Shown here: in pieces, positions 1 through 12,146 of the stretch
Position numbering within the stretch: position 1 is the stretch's first letter
Layout of the letters: the number at the start of each line of letters is the position of its first letter
Source: Antedon mediterranea
Lineage: Eukaryota; Animalia; Echinodermata
Direction: 5' to 3'
DNA length: 64,000 nt
Assembly: GCF_964355755.1 (NCBI RefSeq)
Contig: NC_092678.1
Location: 24,879,365 to 24,943,364, forward strand
The notes under the pieces: generated by a model
What the model was told of the DNA's origin: nothing
Seen by the model: only the letters and a program-made list of their open reading frames with translations
Database searches by the model: none
Made by a program: the position numbers and the translations under genes

Positions 1-3000
1 ACAAAACGAGTCCATACGACCGGTCCCTAGGTCTTTAACCTCAACATGGTCTTCTTCACACGGCTGGACATCAAAATCTGTGAAGTTTAGTGACACGAGG
101 TTACCGGGCTCTGAATGAACTATGTAGCGGCATTCGGCGTTGGTGGAGTATGGAAGCGGGAAGTTTGGCGATTTTATGATTCCTGTTTGTTGGATGATTC
201 GATGATCACAACCTGGAATATAATTTAGTAAACATGTTATTACAGACGTCGGTAAACATGTTATTACAGACGTCAGTAGCTTCATTTGTAGACCAAGAGT
301 ATTAGAGCCTATTCATTTTAAATGGTTACCTTCAACACGTGAAAGCGAGAGATAAGCGGCTCTGAACACATTGTAGGTTGGAAAGGTGTTAATACGGAAC
401 GTGATTGCGACAAGGTTTTGGTCAGATGTCCAGGTAAATAAATCGAATTCACCGCAGTATACATTCGTTCGACCAGTTGTTAGATCTTTGATCTTCAAGA
501 AAGAGAAAAGTTCATTAATAACATCTATAATTGTTTTATGTTAACAAACTATCTTTGCTAAACTTACCTCCAAGAACTGTTCATCTGTACACGTAATTGT
601 TTGGCGATTTCTATCTTGTTTTTCTCCAATCAAAAAGTCGGTGAATGTAACGAGAACACTATTTTCTGGAGCGATTTGGACGTAAATCGTACAGTCCTTT
701 CCAATAATGTCGTCACGATTGTGTTCCAAAGACGAAATAGTTCCTTTACCGGATGTTAAGAATTGATTGAACACTGAAACAAACAAGCACAGGAATAATT
801 ACTGTCGTTTTCATTTCATTTTCTGACTGCGGGAATATTGTGACCCATTTCCCTATTAAATTTTCTATTTAGTTGAACAAACGCCAAAGATCAGCCGACT
901 TACCAGATACTTTTGGTCGTGGAATAAAACGGTAGGTCGCTTGAACTTTCGCAACCGATTTTGTATTTATTCTGAAATCCATAGAAATTTCATTCGATTC
1001 ACTTAACCAGGAAAACTCCCACAATGTTGAACAGAACTTGTCTTGTCGCTTTGTCGTCACGTCTTGGATCTGCAAAAGAAAAGTTAGAAAACGTAATATA
1101 CTTTGCCTATGCATCGTTTTTAGAGAAGCATGCATCCGGGTTCCGTTGACAAGAGTCTCCAAGTATTATTTTGGAACCTCCTCTCATAGTTTACGGTTGT
1201 TGTGTGCAAGTGAGATTGGTTCAATACGACCAGAACAAAGAGTGAAAAGGTCGTTAAAATCTAAAATCAAATATAAACCACCTCTCACAAATGACTGAAA
1301 ACCAGGGAATAGGGCCTGATACGACTAATTAAAAATAATGCATTGGATAAACAAACATGTTCTTACAGTGATTGAGTGTTCCGAGCAAACACCTCTCTCC
1401 ATTGTCAGTGTATGGAACGTCAACAGGATATGTTCGTGTGGAGAGCTACGTATAACAACGTTACAATGACTGTTGTCGCGTTGCTTGGAGAATGGCCAGC
1501 TAATAGAACCAGATGGTTCAGTTAACAGAAGTTGACATCCTGAAAAGATGAAAAACTGTCAGTAAGTGGATACCACTACTAACTAACATTAACACTAACT
1601 AACAAAACACTAGTTATAGTTCATTGGTTAATTAAACTAACACTAACAAAACATTAGTTATAGTTACTTCATTGGTTAATTATGGATTACCTTTCTCTGG
1701 TCTTGGTATTGTCTCATAATCAACAATAAATGACACTGATGAGATCTCATTTTCATCGCGGATGAAGATTGCAAGTTCGTTGCCGGAACTAGTCCAGGAA
1801 AACTGACTCAAATGACCAGTGTACCTCCCTTTGCGGCTTTCTCCGTCCACGATGTCGTAAATCTGTTGATGAAAACATTGGTATATTTTATTTCGATTTC
1901 AACTCAATGTGTTTTATATTCTGGAAATGTAAATGTAAACACTTTACCTCTACGTAATCTTTATCGGAATCCAAGTCCGATACGGCAAAGCTGACGAATT
2001 TCAATCTTATTTTCTCGTCTGGGTCGGCATGAATGACGATCAGGCAATCGGATCCTTCAATCGGTGGCCAGTCGGGATTCACCGGTAACTGAATGCGTTC
2101 AGATTTTTCAGTCAGATATCTACTACATTCTGTTGAAATAAATAAAGTGTACGCAAATGTGTCCTACACGCACTACTCGTGCGCGCACGACGCAGATGCA
2201 CGGGCTTCATAATGCGTAATGGCCGGTGATCTTACCCGTGTTTTCCGGTGTTCTGATTGGTCGCTGTATTATTGTAAAAACTGCCTTGAATCCGATCTGT
2301 TGATTTTTATCGTTTGTTTTAAATTCAAGTGATACTTCATTTGAATCTGACGTCACTGAAAACGGTAACTTCGATCCACATATTCTGTCAGAAAATAGTC
2401 CACTCGTTCCACTCTTGAACTGTTTTAAATATAAATATCACAAAATTGTCGAAAAAATACCTAGATATAGGGAATAATAAATATGAAATGGCAACTATGG
2501 AACGCTCATTGTGTCTAGAGTTACCTGTATAAAATCGGTCACACAACCTTCCGAACTTTCCAGCTCAAATTCTTCAAAATTAAACACTACATATCGGTCT
2601 GGTGACTCGCGTAAAGTAATCGTACATGATGTATCGGACGGGTAATCGGACGGATAGTTCAATGACGTCAAGATGAAAGATGAATCGTCTCTACGAGTTA
2701 TGGTCATGCAGTCTGTGAAATATAAAACGAAATAAAGATAAGACAAAGTTATAAATAAGTACTACCACCATATACATTTTTTGAAGTTCACATTTATTTA
2801 GCCAAGAACAAAAGCAGCAGTTATTAAAAGACTTAACACAAACCTCTGCCAACAAAGATAAGTACCAAACATGACTAACAAACTAAGTATACATACTAAG
2901 TATACATACTTTACCTGGAGGGGGTATTCTTGGCACCGACTTAGCAATAAGTTTTACACCAGTATAATCAAGCAAGTGATCTGTTTTGAAAGTCATGAGG

Positions 3001-5891
3001 ATTTCGTTGCTGTCTGACGTCCAAGAAAAGTTGTGGTAACTACCGCAAAGATGAGAAAACCTATTCGTTGCAAGATCCCGGATCTAAATTAAAATGTAGA
3101 TCAAACGATTAGTCAAAAGCCAAGTCATTAAGTGATTAGCAAAACTAGAAATACTATGTAGGCCTCTACGTATGAATTATGACGGGCGGTTGTCGCTCAG
3201 GATAGATACACATTCTACGTGGAACAAGCTACGCGGTTTGCTTACCATTAGGCCTACCTCTCGTCTGTGTAAATTAAAAAAAAAGAGGGTTTTGTTAACC
3301 TGACAGAAATCATTCAAACACATTTCACCACGTTCGGTTTTTCTTGGAGGTTGCATGACAAATTCCGAGACATTCAGTGTTATCACGTGATCAAGTCGAG
3401 TGTGTAAGATGTATATACAGTCCAAGTTGCTAGGATACGGTTGTGGAAAGTTGGGTGTATGCAGTTCTATGCCACTTGGTGGAAAAGCCAGTAGTAGATG
3501 ACTGCAACCTGCGAAATAAAGGTAAACAAGGTTACTTTAAACGGTACTGATTGGCACTGCTGTCATCTCTAAAGCCCCGTCTACACTATCAAACTAGTTG
3601 GACAAGGAAAAGTGTGATGTGTCCAAGTATGGTGGTGATATTCCCAAATATTCCCATGTCCATATTTGCATATCATATTTTTTTGTCAAATAAAGTTTCA
3701 TAGTGTAGACAGAGCTTAATTATTCCCAGGCGCCCACCCCCGCACCACATATCACGTGACCTCTTTACTTACTTCTGTTAGCATCGCGTTCATTCACTTC
3801 GTATTTGAAATCTACAATGTTTCTTTCGTCGTTGTGGAAATGTACAACTATTGCGTTAGATTCAGAAGTCCACGCAATTTTGCTGTGTTCTCTACATATG
3901 CTTTCCGTTCGTCCCGTTAGTAAATCTTTTATCTAGAAATGATAAAACTCAATCTGAATAGATGAAAAAAAAAACTGTAGGCCTACACACTGTACACGCA
4001 ATAACGTGCGTTTATCTTGTATACTTAATAGTAGTTTAAATAGTAATGTACCTTTAAAGACCATTCGCAGTTTTGAATATTAAGGTCTGTAAACGCAAGT
4101 GTAACGCGTTTATCTGGTTTGGCCAGTATCACTATCTCGCACTTGTTTCCTTCTGAGTATGTGTTGCTATGTCTGCCTCTGTTTGCGTACATTCCGGTGT
4201 CCTCAATAAAAACCCGATTGCACTCTTTAAAAAAAAAGTTTTGTTATTAAATGTTGGGAGTTGTATGGTAGGCCTAGGTCACGCCTATTACACGCATATT
4301 ACACGCCTAGGTCACGCCTATTACACGCCTATTACACGCCTAGGTCACGTTCTGATGTAAAATTCAAATAAAAGTACCATAGTTTGGTGGTTTGTCGACT
4401 GTAAAATAGGTGGCGTTAAACCGGTTGAAGACTTTACTGGATAAGGCGTCCATTATCACAGTTACCTCGTTTGAGTCGCTCAACCACACGAAAGGATGAA
4501 ACGTCCCACAATATCGATCATGGCGGTTGGTTTGGATGTCACGAATCTGAAATATAACAAGGTTTTACTATTAGGCCTGTAATATGTAGGTAGACCAGGG
4601 GCGGATTGCTATAAGCGGTCTATAACCGGTGTTAGCGCTTAGCCGGCTATAATTCGTGACGTAGCAAGTAGTCTTATATTATAGACCATTGCTATACCGC
4701 GGTCTTTAAAATTAAAGCCTACTCGAAGGAGTCTTAAAACAGTCTTAAACCTCTCTTGTTGTTGCTTTTACGTATTATTATCGTCAAAGATAACCAATTG
4801 AACGAGTTTTAAGTGTTAAATCAAATAATAACGGTGATTTTATTCTTATATAGGCCTAGAATAGATTTTCTCGTGTATAAATGTACGTACTGTTATGATT
4901 TGTGAATTGAACAAGCGTGACGAACATTACCTTATTTGGTATTCTACGCGCAAAGTACGTCTCAATTTGTTACTTTACGTGGTCTTATTTAAGACTGTTT
5001 TATAGCAATGGTCTATCAGGAGTGGCTTTAATAAGACCGTCTATCTGATAAAGCCGGCTTTAATCCACCCCAGGATTTACCATGTTATGATGGGATATGT
5101 CCTTAATATAATTTTCGAGACACCAAGTTGTGGTTTCAATTTCTAAATGCATTGTACACGTAGTGAGTAGTGACGAATTATATTTATTTATTCAGTGAAA
5201 CATAAATATAACAAGGGAGCACTGAGGAGTTGTATCTCCAACATCCGGCAAACAATACAAGCAAAATAAAATAAAGAATTACAAAAATACGTCATACCTC
5301 TACGTAATTATTGCCGTCGTCACACGCATTGGTTCCTTCAAGAGTGAAATTGTTAAACGTCATCAAAATCCGTTTACCGGTTGGCACCCGAACCTTCACT
5401 TGACATTCGGTAAAATCCACCGATTTCCTCGGCCAATTCGGAGATGTTATGCAACCAGTTTCGCGTTCGAGAATTCGGTCACAATTCGGAGGAATGATGA
5501 CTACACTGCCACCTTGTCGTTGTTCAAACTTCTAAAAATATCCATAAATAGTTATCTTTAAGTTTCAATAGACCTATACTTTAATACTATAATTATCTAT
5601 TCATTTAGGTTTAAATTCCTAAGAGACTTTCAATTTTTTTGTCGTGCAAAAAATGTTCTCAACTACGACGTATATGCAAGAAATCGTTGCACATTCCATG
5701 CGACACCTCCTAAATGGATGCGTGCCACGTACATACAGTAATAGGCTACACTTATATTATTTATTTACGATTGCAGCATCTCAGCTAAGTACTTTGATAT
5801 TATGTATATTGTAACATACCTTAGGTTTAGCAGTTGCACTAAGGCATAGCACACCGAGGAGGAACAGCACTGCATTCCACGTGACTCCCAT
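1..5891 (-). CDS. Secreted multi-CUB-domain protein (cubilin/tolloid-like CUB array), spliced, 3' end outside the window
   Basis: ATG at 5891 opens a 72-nt exon encoding a signal peptide (MGVTWNAVLFLLGVLCLSATAKPK) that ends at a GTATG donor. At least 8 CUB repeats follow (ITSPNWP, TSLNYPSDYPSDTSC, F..FELE..C..DFIQ, F.WTSD.N...I.F), each split over two GT-AG exons, starting near 5532, 4225, 3509, 2713, 2129, 1539, 775 and 212. Confidence 0.85.
4596..5073. mobile_element. MITE-like non-autonomous DNA element in a CUB-gene intron
   Basis: Imperfect terminal inverted repeats GGGCGGATT...AATCCACCC flanked by CAG on both sides; internal inverted segments (tagaccattgctata / tatagcaatggtcta). Confidence 0.55.
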
Positions 5892-5954
5892 GACGCGCAG
5901 TCTGACACTGCTTACAGCGAACTTACAAAAGAAACGACTTCCATGTCAACGTGC

Positions 5955-6002
5955 CTTTTATACTCATCTGTAACTCTCATTTGCATAATGTGATCAACCA
6001 AT
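5955..6002 (-). promoter_or_regulatory. Putative core promoter of the CUB gene (TATA box, octamer, CCAAT)
   Basis: TATAAAAG on the minus strand about 65 nt upstream of the ATG, ATTTGCAT octamer at 5979-5986, CCAAT at 5998-6002. Confidence 0.5.
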
Positions 6003-6090
6003 CAGATTTAGCTTTCATTTATATATTTGAATAAAGGGAAAATAACGAATATGATACATGGATAGTCGTAAAGGACGGTCGGACATTTTA

Positions 6091-6808
6091 TTTACCTCCG
6101 CCAAGGAGGTATATGTAACCGGTAGCGTGTGTTTGTTTGTTTTTTTTGTTAGCAGGATTACTCAAAAAGTAATTACAAGATCTTTACCAATGAATATGAT
6201 GAAATGAATATACAGATAGATATGTGGTCAAGGACCATTCCATTAAATTTTGGGACTATTTTCCCAATTCTGGACCACTTTTTAGTATACTTTTCAGACC
6301 TGCTAGTGTTAAAAGATAGGAGAGAATTTTTCAAAAGCCGGCGAGCATTCTTAAAGTAACAAGTATACTGAAATTGCAGTCTTAAAGTAACAAGTATACT
6401 GAAATTAAATTTTCTCGAGAACTACATGTCCAAACAACTTCATTTTTGTACAAGAGGCAAGAATTATAATTTTTGAATTGTAATTTTAAAACATAATTTG
6501 ATTTAATGTGCACTTTTTTAATGCCAGCAGTTTAAAAAACCTATTTCCTTTTCAAATTCACTCGTTTGATTTTCGCGTTGCTGTTCTATTGTTAGTCAAC
6601 TGAAGCTATTGTTAATTGAAAGGCTTGTTACATAACCATTACCCCAAACTCGCATACACATGCTTGTAGTGAAATTAGCCTAAATCTCAAACAGCATTAA
6701 GACACACACAAATATATATATATATATTTTTTTTTTACCGGAGAAATCTTATGTAGGAGAATTTTACAGTAGGCGGAGGTATGCACTCTCGGAGTGGCTT
6801 TCTAGTTT
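6091..6808 (+). mobile_element. Non-autonomous Helentron-type (HINE/DINE-1-like) element, family 1
   Basis: Subterminal inverted repeats ACCTCCGCC (6094-6102) and GGCGGAGGT (6772-6780), a short 5' inverted partner (GGAGGT), a (GTTT)n tract, a 3' hairpin GCACTC-TCG-GAGTG followed by CTAGTT; T-rich boundaries. Confidence 0.7.
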
Positions 6809-7173
6809 TGTTAGGAAACCTTTTTCAAAAAACGAAACTGGGTTATTTTTAACAAAAACGTAACGTAAGACACAGTCACGTGCCACATTTACGTATTAAC
6901 GTACAGCAATTTTTTATAAACATGACTTAAAACTTGCTTCTATCATTCCATCGGATCAATTTGTTAAAATTTCCATTAAAATCTACCAATCAATCGTAAT
7001 CATATAGCACGCATGCCTCGAACGAGCGTGATTAAGCTTGCTTCGTCTGTTATTCCCTATGCAAACGAACATTGCTGATTAATTTTGACAATGAGCCTTT
7101 TGTTACTTAGGTATGTGAACTCAACCAATCCAAGTCTTGAAATTTCAGAACTTATTGTAAGAAATATAATAAT

Positions 7174-8085
7174 ATGAAGGGCTAGTGTTGCCCGAAAGCT
7201 CTGCTAACTTTTCTGGCTGTTTTTAGTCGCGTGGAAGCGACTCTATAGTTCACTATGTCGGTCGGTCGGTCTGTCGGTCTGTCGGTCCGGTATCACTATG
7301 CGTTTTATCGCTTTCTGACCTTATCTTGATATCAGTTTAATCTAGCTAGGTCAATTTTTCACAGTATATTCCTTATGGCCAGGAATCAATGTGGTTATGT
7401 TTTCACGGTGCGCAATACAAAATTACGCGGTCTACGCACGATTTAACGAAATCACGTTTGTAATCATATCTTCACAACCATGAATCACAATTAAATAAAA
7501 TTTGGTACTCATAAATTTCAGGGCATAAATCATCATAGGGCAATACAATTACGTGCGTAGCGCATGTAACGCATGCGTACGCGCGCTTAAAATTTTCAAA
7601 ATTTATTTTCGATGAAATAAGAGTACGTTTCAGGCAATTTTAAGCGTTTACAAAATTGCCATGAGTGCGCATATTTTTGCGCGTTAATGTTATTGCGCAC
7701 TCTTTATGCCCGATTTCTGTTTTCTTGACTTACTTTTCAACTCGAAATTACGTTATACGAGCACGTCAAAAGTGACAGGCTACGCACGTGTAAATTAAAA
7801 TATAAATGTTTTTAAACATTTCAACATTTTTAAACATGTTCAGTAATTTCGGTCAGTATAGTTCACTATGTTGGTCGGTCGGTCTGTCTGTCGGTCTGTC
7901 TGTCGGTCTGTCGGTCTGTCTGTCGGTCCGGTATCACTATGCATTGTAGCACGCGACTTAATGGCTGTTGGCCTTGTTTACTTTATCGTTTTGATTTAGC
8001 TTTTCGCTTTTTTTTCAATATCTCAATTGAGATCCAGCCACTGATACCCACAGCATTGTCATTTTTTCAGTAAGTTGCCTTTCGA
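7174..8085 (+). mobile_element. Penelope-like pLTR fragment (truncated hammerhead core), interrupted by the Helentron-type element
   Basis: 7174-7221 and 7980-8085 match 57859-58010 (ATGAAGGGCTAGTGTTGCCCGAAAGCTC...GAGATCCAGCCACTGATACCCACAGCATT). Confidence 0.7.
7222..7979 (+). mobile_element. Non-autonomous Helentron-type (HINE/DINE-1-like) element, family 2, nested in a Penelope pLTR fragment
   Basis: Subterminal inverted repeats AGTCGCGTG (7225) and CACGCGACT (7950), (GTCG/GTCT)n microsatellites, 3' mini-hairpin GGCTGTTGGCC. Inserted in a T-run; the uninterrupted site CTGGCTGTTTACTTTATCG is seen at about 57898-57916. Confidence 0.75.
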
Positions 8086-8183
8086 TTAATATATATATAT
8101 ACATATATAATATAAACACTTTTTAAAAAACTTTGAAATTATTTTATTTTTTACATTAAGACAGATGTATCGCATCGGCATCT

Positions 8184-10232
8184 TTACACACATTTCTATT
8201 TATTTGTTCCTAATTTTCTGACATAACTCAGGTGTTCCTAAAATTGAGGGCACCAAACATAAACTTTAGGAAATCGAAAGGAGGCAGATAAGCCAAAAAA
8301 AAAAAAATTATGGTGTGCTCCCTCTAGCACGGTAAGGGGGGTACCACAGCATCAGATGCTTTGATGTTATTGCCTCATGATGTGTGGTGGAAAGAGGGAC
8401 GTTTAAATCTGTGAACCACAAACACAGAAGCTCGCATAGCCATCGACAGGCAGGGGTTTGAACCAACGATAATCGTGTTCTACGACGCTCTACCGACTGA
8501 GCTAGCTATTTGGCCCTCTGGTTTAAATCAACGTTAAAACTAGATTCGTTTCTTCAAAATGACGTCATGCAAATTTATGACGTAACGATTAGAATGACGT
8601 AATATGAAGCACGTATAAGAATACTATTGTCACCCTTCATTATTCATGTATTTTGTGGCATAACGGATAGTGCTTTATTAACTATCGTTTGAAATCTACT
8701 AGCTAGGGTTCGAATCTCTATGGATTTCTTTTTTTTTAATTATAAAATGTTTTTTATTTTATTTCGAAAAAGAGATATTTAGAAAGTCAAGTTAATTTAA
8801 TAGGCAGGGGCTGGTCCTGAAAACTTATAATCTCATCTCAGTCCCCAACCTCATGCAACAAAAAACAAAAACAAAGTATTTTTAAAAATATTTATCATCA
8901 CACTTGGGATAGACGAAAAACAAAGAATAAAATGACCTGGATAGGGGAAAACTCTCTTTAAATTCCTATCCATCCCCGGTCCCCGCTAACGACCGAGAAA
9001 CCATGTTTTGAAATAATATATTAAAGCTCCAAGGGCAAGAGAGCACTGCATAACGTATTCAAAATATATATTTTTTTCATGAAACAGATATTTCGTTACC
9101 AATTTAGCGATAAAGGCACAATAATACAAACACTAGGTGACGTTAAGTTAAAATAATATTAGAATTAGTACAGTACAATATATGAGGCCATCTTCTAATG
9201 TAAAATATTAACCGAGTAAAATTAAACAGTGTGGCGTGTTTACCGCGAATGACAAACCGTCCCATTACAACTGCACAATCTCATTTGCATAACAACGCAC
9301 AGCATACCAAGCCGTGTCGTACAACTATACGATGAGATATTAATTTTCTTCTAAACACGTAACGAAGAGAATTCTCAATTATGATGATAATTTATACGTA
9401 CGTCTAAAAATATAGAATAATACACTAGAAAAAAACTTAAACTTTTCTGAATTATTTTTTACAATAAATAAAGAGAATACACTATACCAGACAAGGCGTA
9501 GGCATATTTACACATTTCTATTTATTTGTTCCTAATTTCCTGACAAAACTCATGTGTTCTTGTGAAATTGAGGGCGCCAAACATAAAATTTACGAGATCG
9601 AAAGGAGGCGATAAGGCCCCCCCCCCCCCCCAAAAAAAATAAATAAAAAAATGTTGGTGTGCTCCCTTGCCTCTAGCACGGTAAGGCCCTCTCACAGCCT
9701 TGGGTCACGACATCAGATGCTTTGATGTTATTGCCTCATAATGCCGTGGTGGAATAGGGGACGTTTAAATCTGTGAACCCCAAACACAGAAGCTCGCATA
9801 GCTTTAACTCTTTTCCACCGAGACCGGCATGGGGTTTGAACCCATGATAATCGTGTTCCACGACGCTCTACCAACTGAGCTATCCGGCCCTCTGGTTTAT
9901 AGACATGTTAATACGAGTTTTTTCCCTCAAAATGAAGCTCATGAATATGCATATTTAGGACGTAACGATTAGAATGACGTAATATGAAGCGCGTATATAA
10001 CAATATACTATTGTCACCCTTCATTACTCGTGTACATTGTGGCATAACGGGTAGTACTCTAGTAACTATCCTTTGATTTCTCTCAGCTCTATTACCTGGG
10101 GTTCGAATCTCTACAAAATTTTTTATTTTTTAAAAAATATATATAAAATGTTTTTCTTTTATTTCGAAAGAGAGATATTTAGAGATTCAAGTTAATTTAG
10201 GATAGACAGGAGATGGTCCTCGAGACTTATAT
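8184..10232. repeat. Diverged direct duplication (about 8184-8830 and 9506-10232), each unit with two divergent tRNA-like heads
   Basis: The units are colinear over about 650 bp. Minus-strand tRNA-like segment (TAGCTCAGT.GGTAGAGCG...GGTTCAAACCCC) and plus-strand GTGGCATAACGG...GGTTCGAATCTC in both copies. Confidence 0.7.
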
Positions 10233-10394
10233 TCTTTCCATATTTCTAAGTTCAATTTCCGGGCACCTAGCAACTCTATTTTTTCAAAATTATTAGCTCG
10301 ACCAAATCATGGTGGGCTGGTCCTGTAGACTTATAATTTCGTTTCATATATCAATGTATACGTTTCTTTTAACTAAATCTTATCACCTTTTGTT

Positions 10395-10972
10395 AAGCTT
10401 GGTTCCCACTAGAACGTAACGTAAGGACGTAAACGCAACGCAAGCGTTTTAATCAATGACAAGCGAAGTTATAGACCGTTAGCAATCACAAGCGAATAAA
10501 CCATCGCTTGTGATTGGTCAATTCACTTGCGTTGCGTTACGTCCTTGTGTTGCGTCGCTAGTGGGAACCACGCTTGCGTTACGTCCTTGTGTTGCGTCGC
10601 TAGTGGGAACCACGCTTTAATGATGATTGTTTATGTTTATGCCTTTTTTTGTTGGAAATAAAGTAAAGTATAATTTCCGGGGATCTGGCAGCTCTATTTT
10701 TCAACTTCTCATCTCAGCCCCAACCATGATAGAGCTGAGGTGATCCTATATATTTTGTTTCATATTTCAACAAATCATGTCGTAACATCATAAAGCGTGG
10801 TTCCCACTAGCGACGCAACGCAAGGACGTAACGCAACGCAAGTGAATTGACCAATCACAAGCGATGCGTATTCGCTTGTGATTGCTAACTGTCTATAACT
10901 TCGCTTGTCATTGGTTAAAACGCTTGCGTTGCATTTACGTCCTTGCGTTACGTTCTAGTGGGAACCAAGCTT
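10395..10972. mobile_element. Two oppositely oriented copies of a MITE (10395-10617 and 10794-10972); degenerate copies near 14762 and 28527-28650
   Basis: TIRs AGC(G/T)TGGTTCCCACTAG...CTAGTGGGAACCA(C/A)GCT with TWA flanks; the internal sequences are reverse complements of each other. Confidence 0.8.
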
Positions 10973-12146
10973 TAGGAAACAAACCAAGATAATCTTTTGT
11001 AAAATGTAAATGTGAGGACGCAACGTTGTTTAAGCTTGTATTGGTTCTCACTAGGATCACAGTCAATAAAAACTTTCTATTTCCGAATTCTGATTGTTGC
11101 TCATTTTTTGACATCACACAAAATTAGTGTACTTTTGTCCACGCTTTCGTTTCGCATAAATTTGGCTAATGGAAAATAGACTTTAGGGGTAAATATACAT
11201 AGGGTGAAAATCTCTTTTTAGTCATGTTGACGATCGCGTTCAAACAATGCTAATAATACGCACGCACGCAGCACGCACTTTTAATATTCAAACATAGTAA
11301 ACAAAACAATTTAAATTCAAGCATTTTATGCCATATTTATTCTAATTTTAAACAATAATTTCATATATGTTATTACATAACTACAAAATTTACTTTGGCA
11401 AAATGTGCATAACAAAGCAACACATAAAATTCAATAAACGTGTTTACTGAAATATTCTACAAAAGGTACTCAAAAGGAATGTAAGTATATTTAAAATATT
11501 TGTAAACTGTTTTCTAATAAAAAACGTGGAATGTATAATATATGCTTTTTATGTATTCAGTTGTTTGATTTGGAATTTTAAATATTAAGTTATTACTTAT
11601 ATTATACTTAAATATAGTGATTTTTAATCGTTCTATTTTTATTTTTCAGTGGAAATTAAGACCCTATATTTAGTTAAATGGAAAGGCTTCTAGAAAAGGT
11701 AGATATTACAACAGATGCCTAACACCATCACAAAAACAATCAAAATAGTTCACCAACATCAGGACAAAATGTTCCTCAATGAGTGGCCAATAAATTGCTT
11801 TTCTCTAACAGATAATTTCTCTACCATATTATTTTTTTATTATTGCAGTATATACTTTAATCTAAAGGTGAATATTTACATTTACATGATTACACTCCAA
11901 GAGGTATTTCATCATATACATCAAATACATATTTTTAACTCATTCTTATAATTAGTATAACCAATTTCCCACTAAAACTAATATAAATATAATATAAAAT
12001 GGTAACAAATTCCAAAAAAAGAAAAAACAGGACTTCTGAAAGCTGTGAGATTATTTGTGCATCTCCTGGATCCAGAAAACAATAGAAACAATGATTTATA
12101 AGCCGACATAACAACTTAAAATACCATTAAAACATTGCGCCAAATC

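Noticed and set aside
1038-1298. Plus-strand 86-aa ORF and similar short antisense ORFs across the window
   Set aside because: No recognisable motifs; they overlap minus-strand exons or repeats and are expected by chance.
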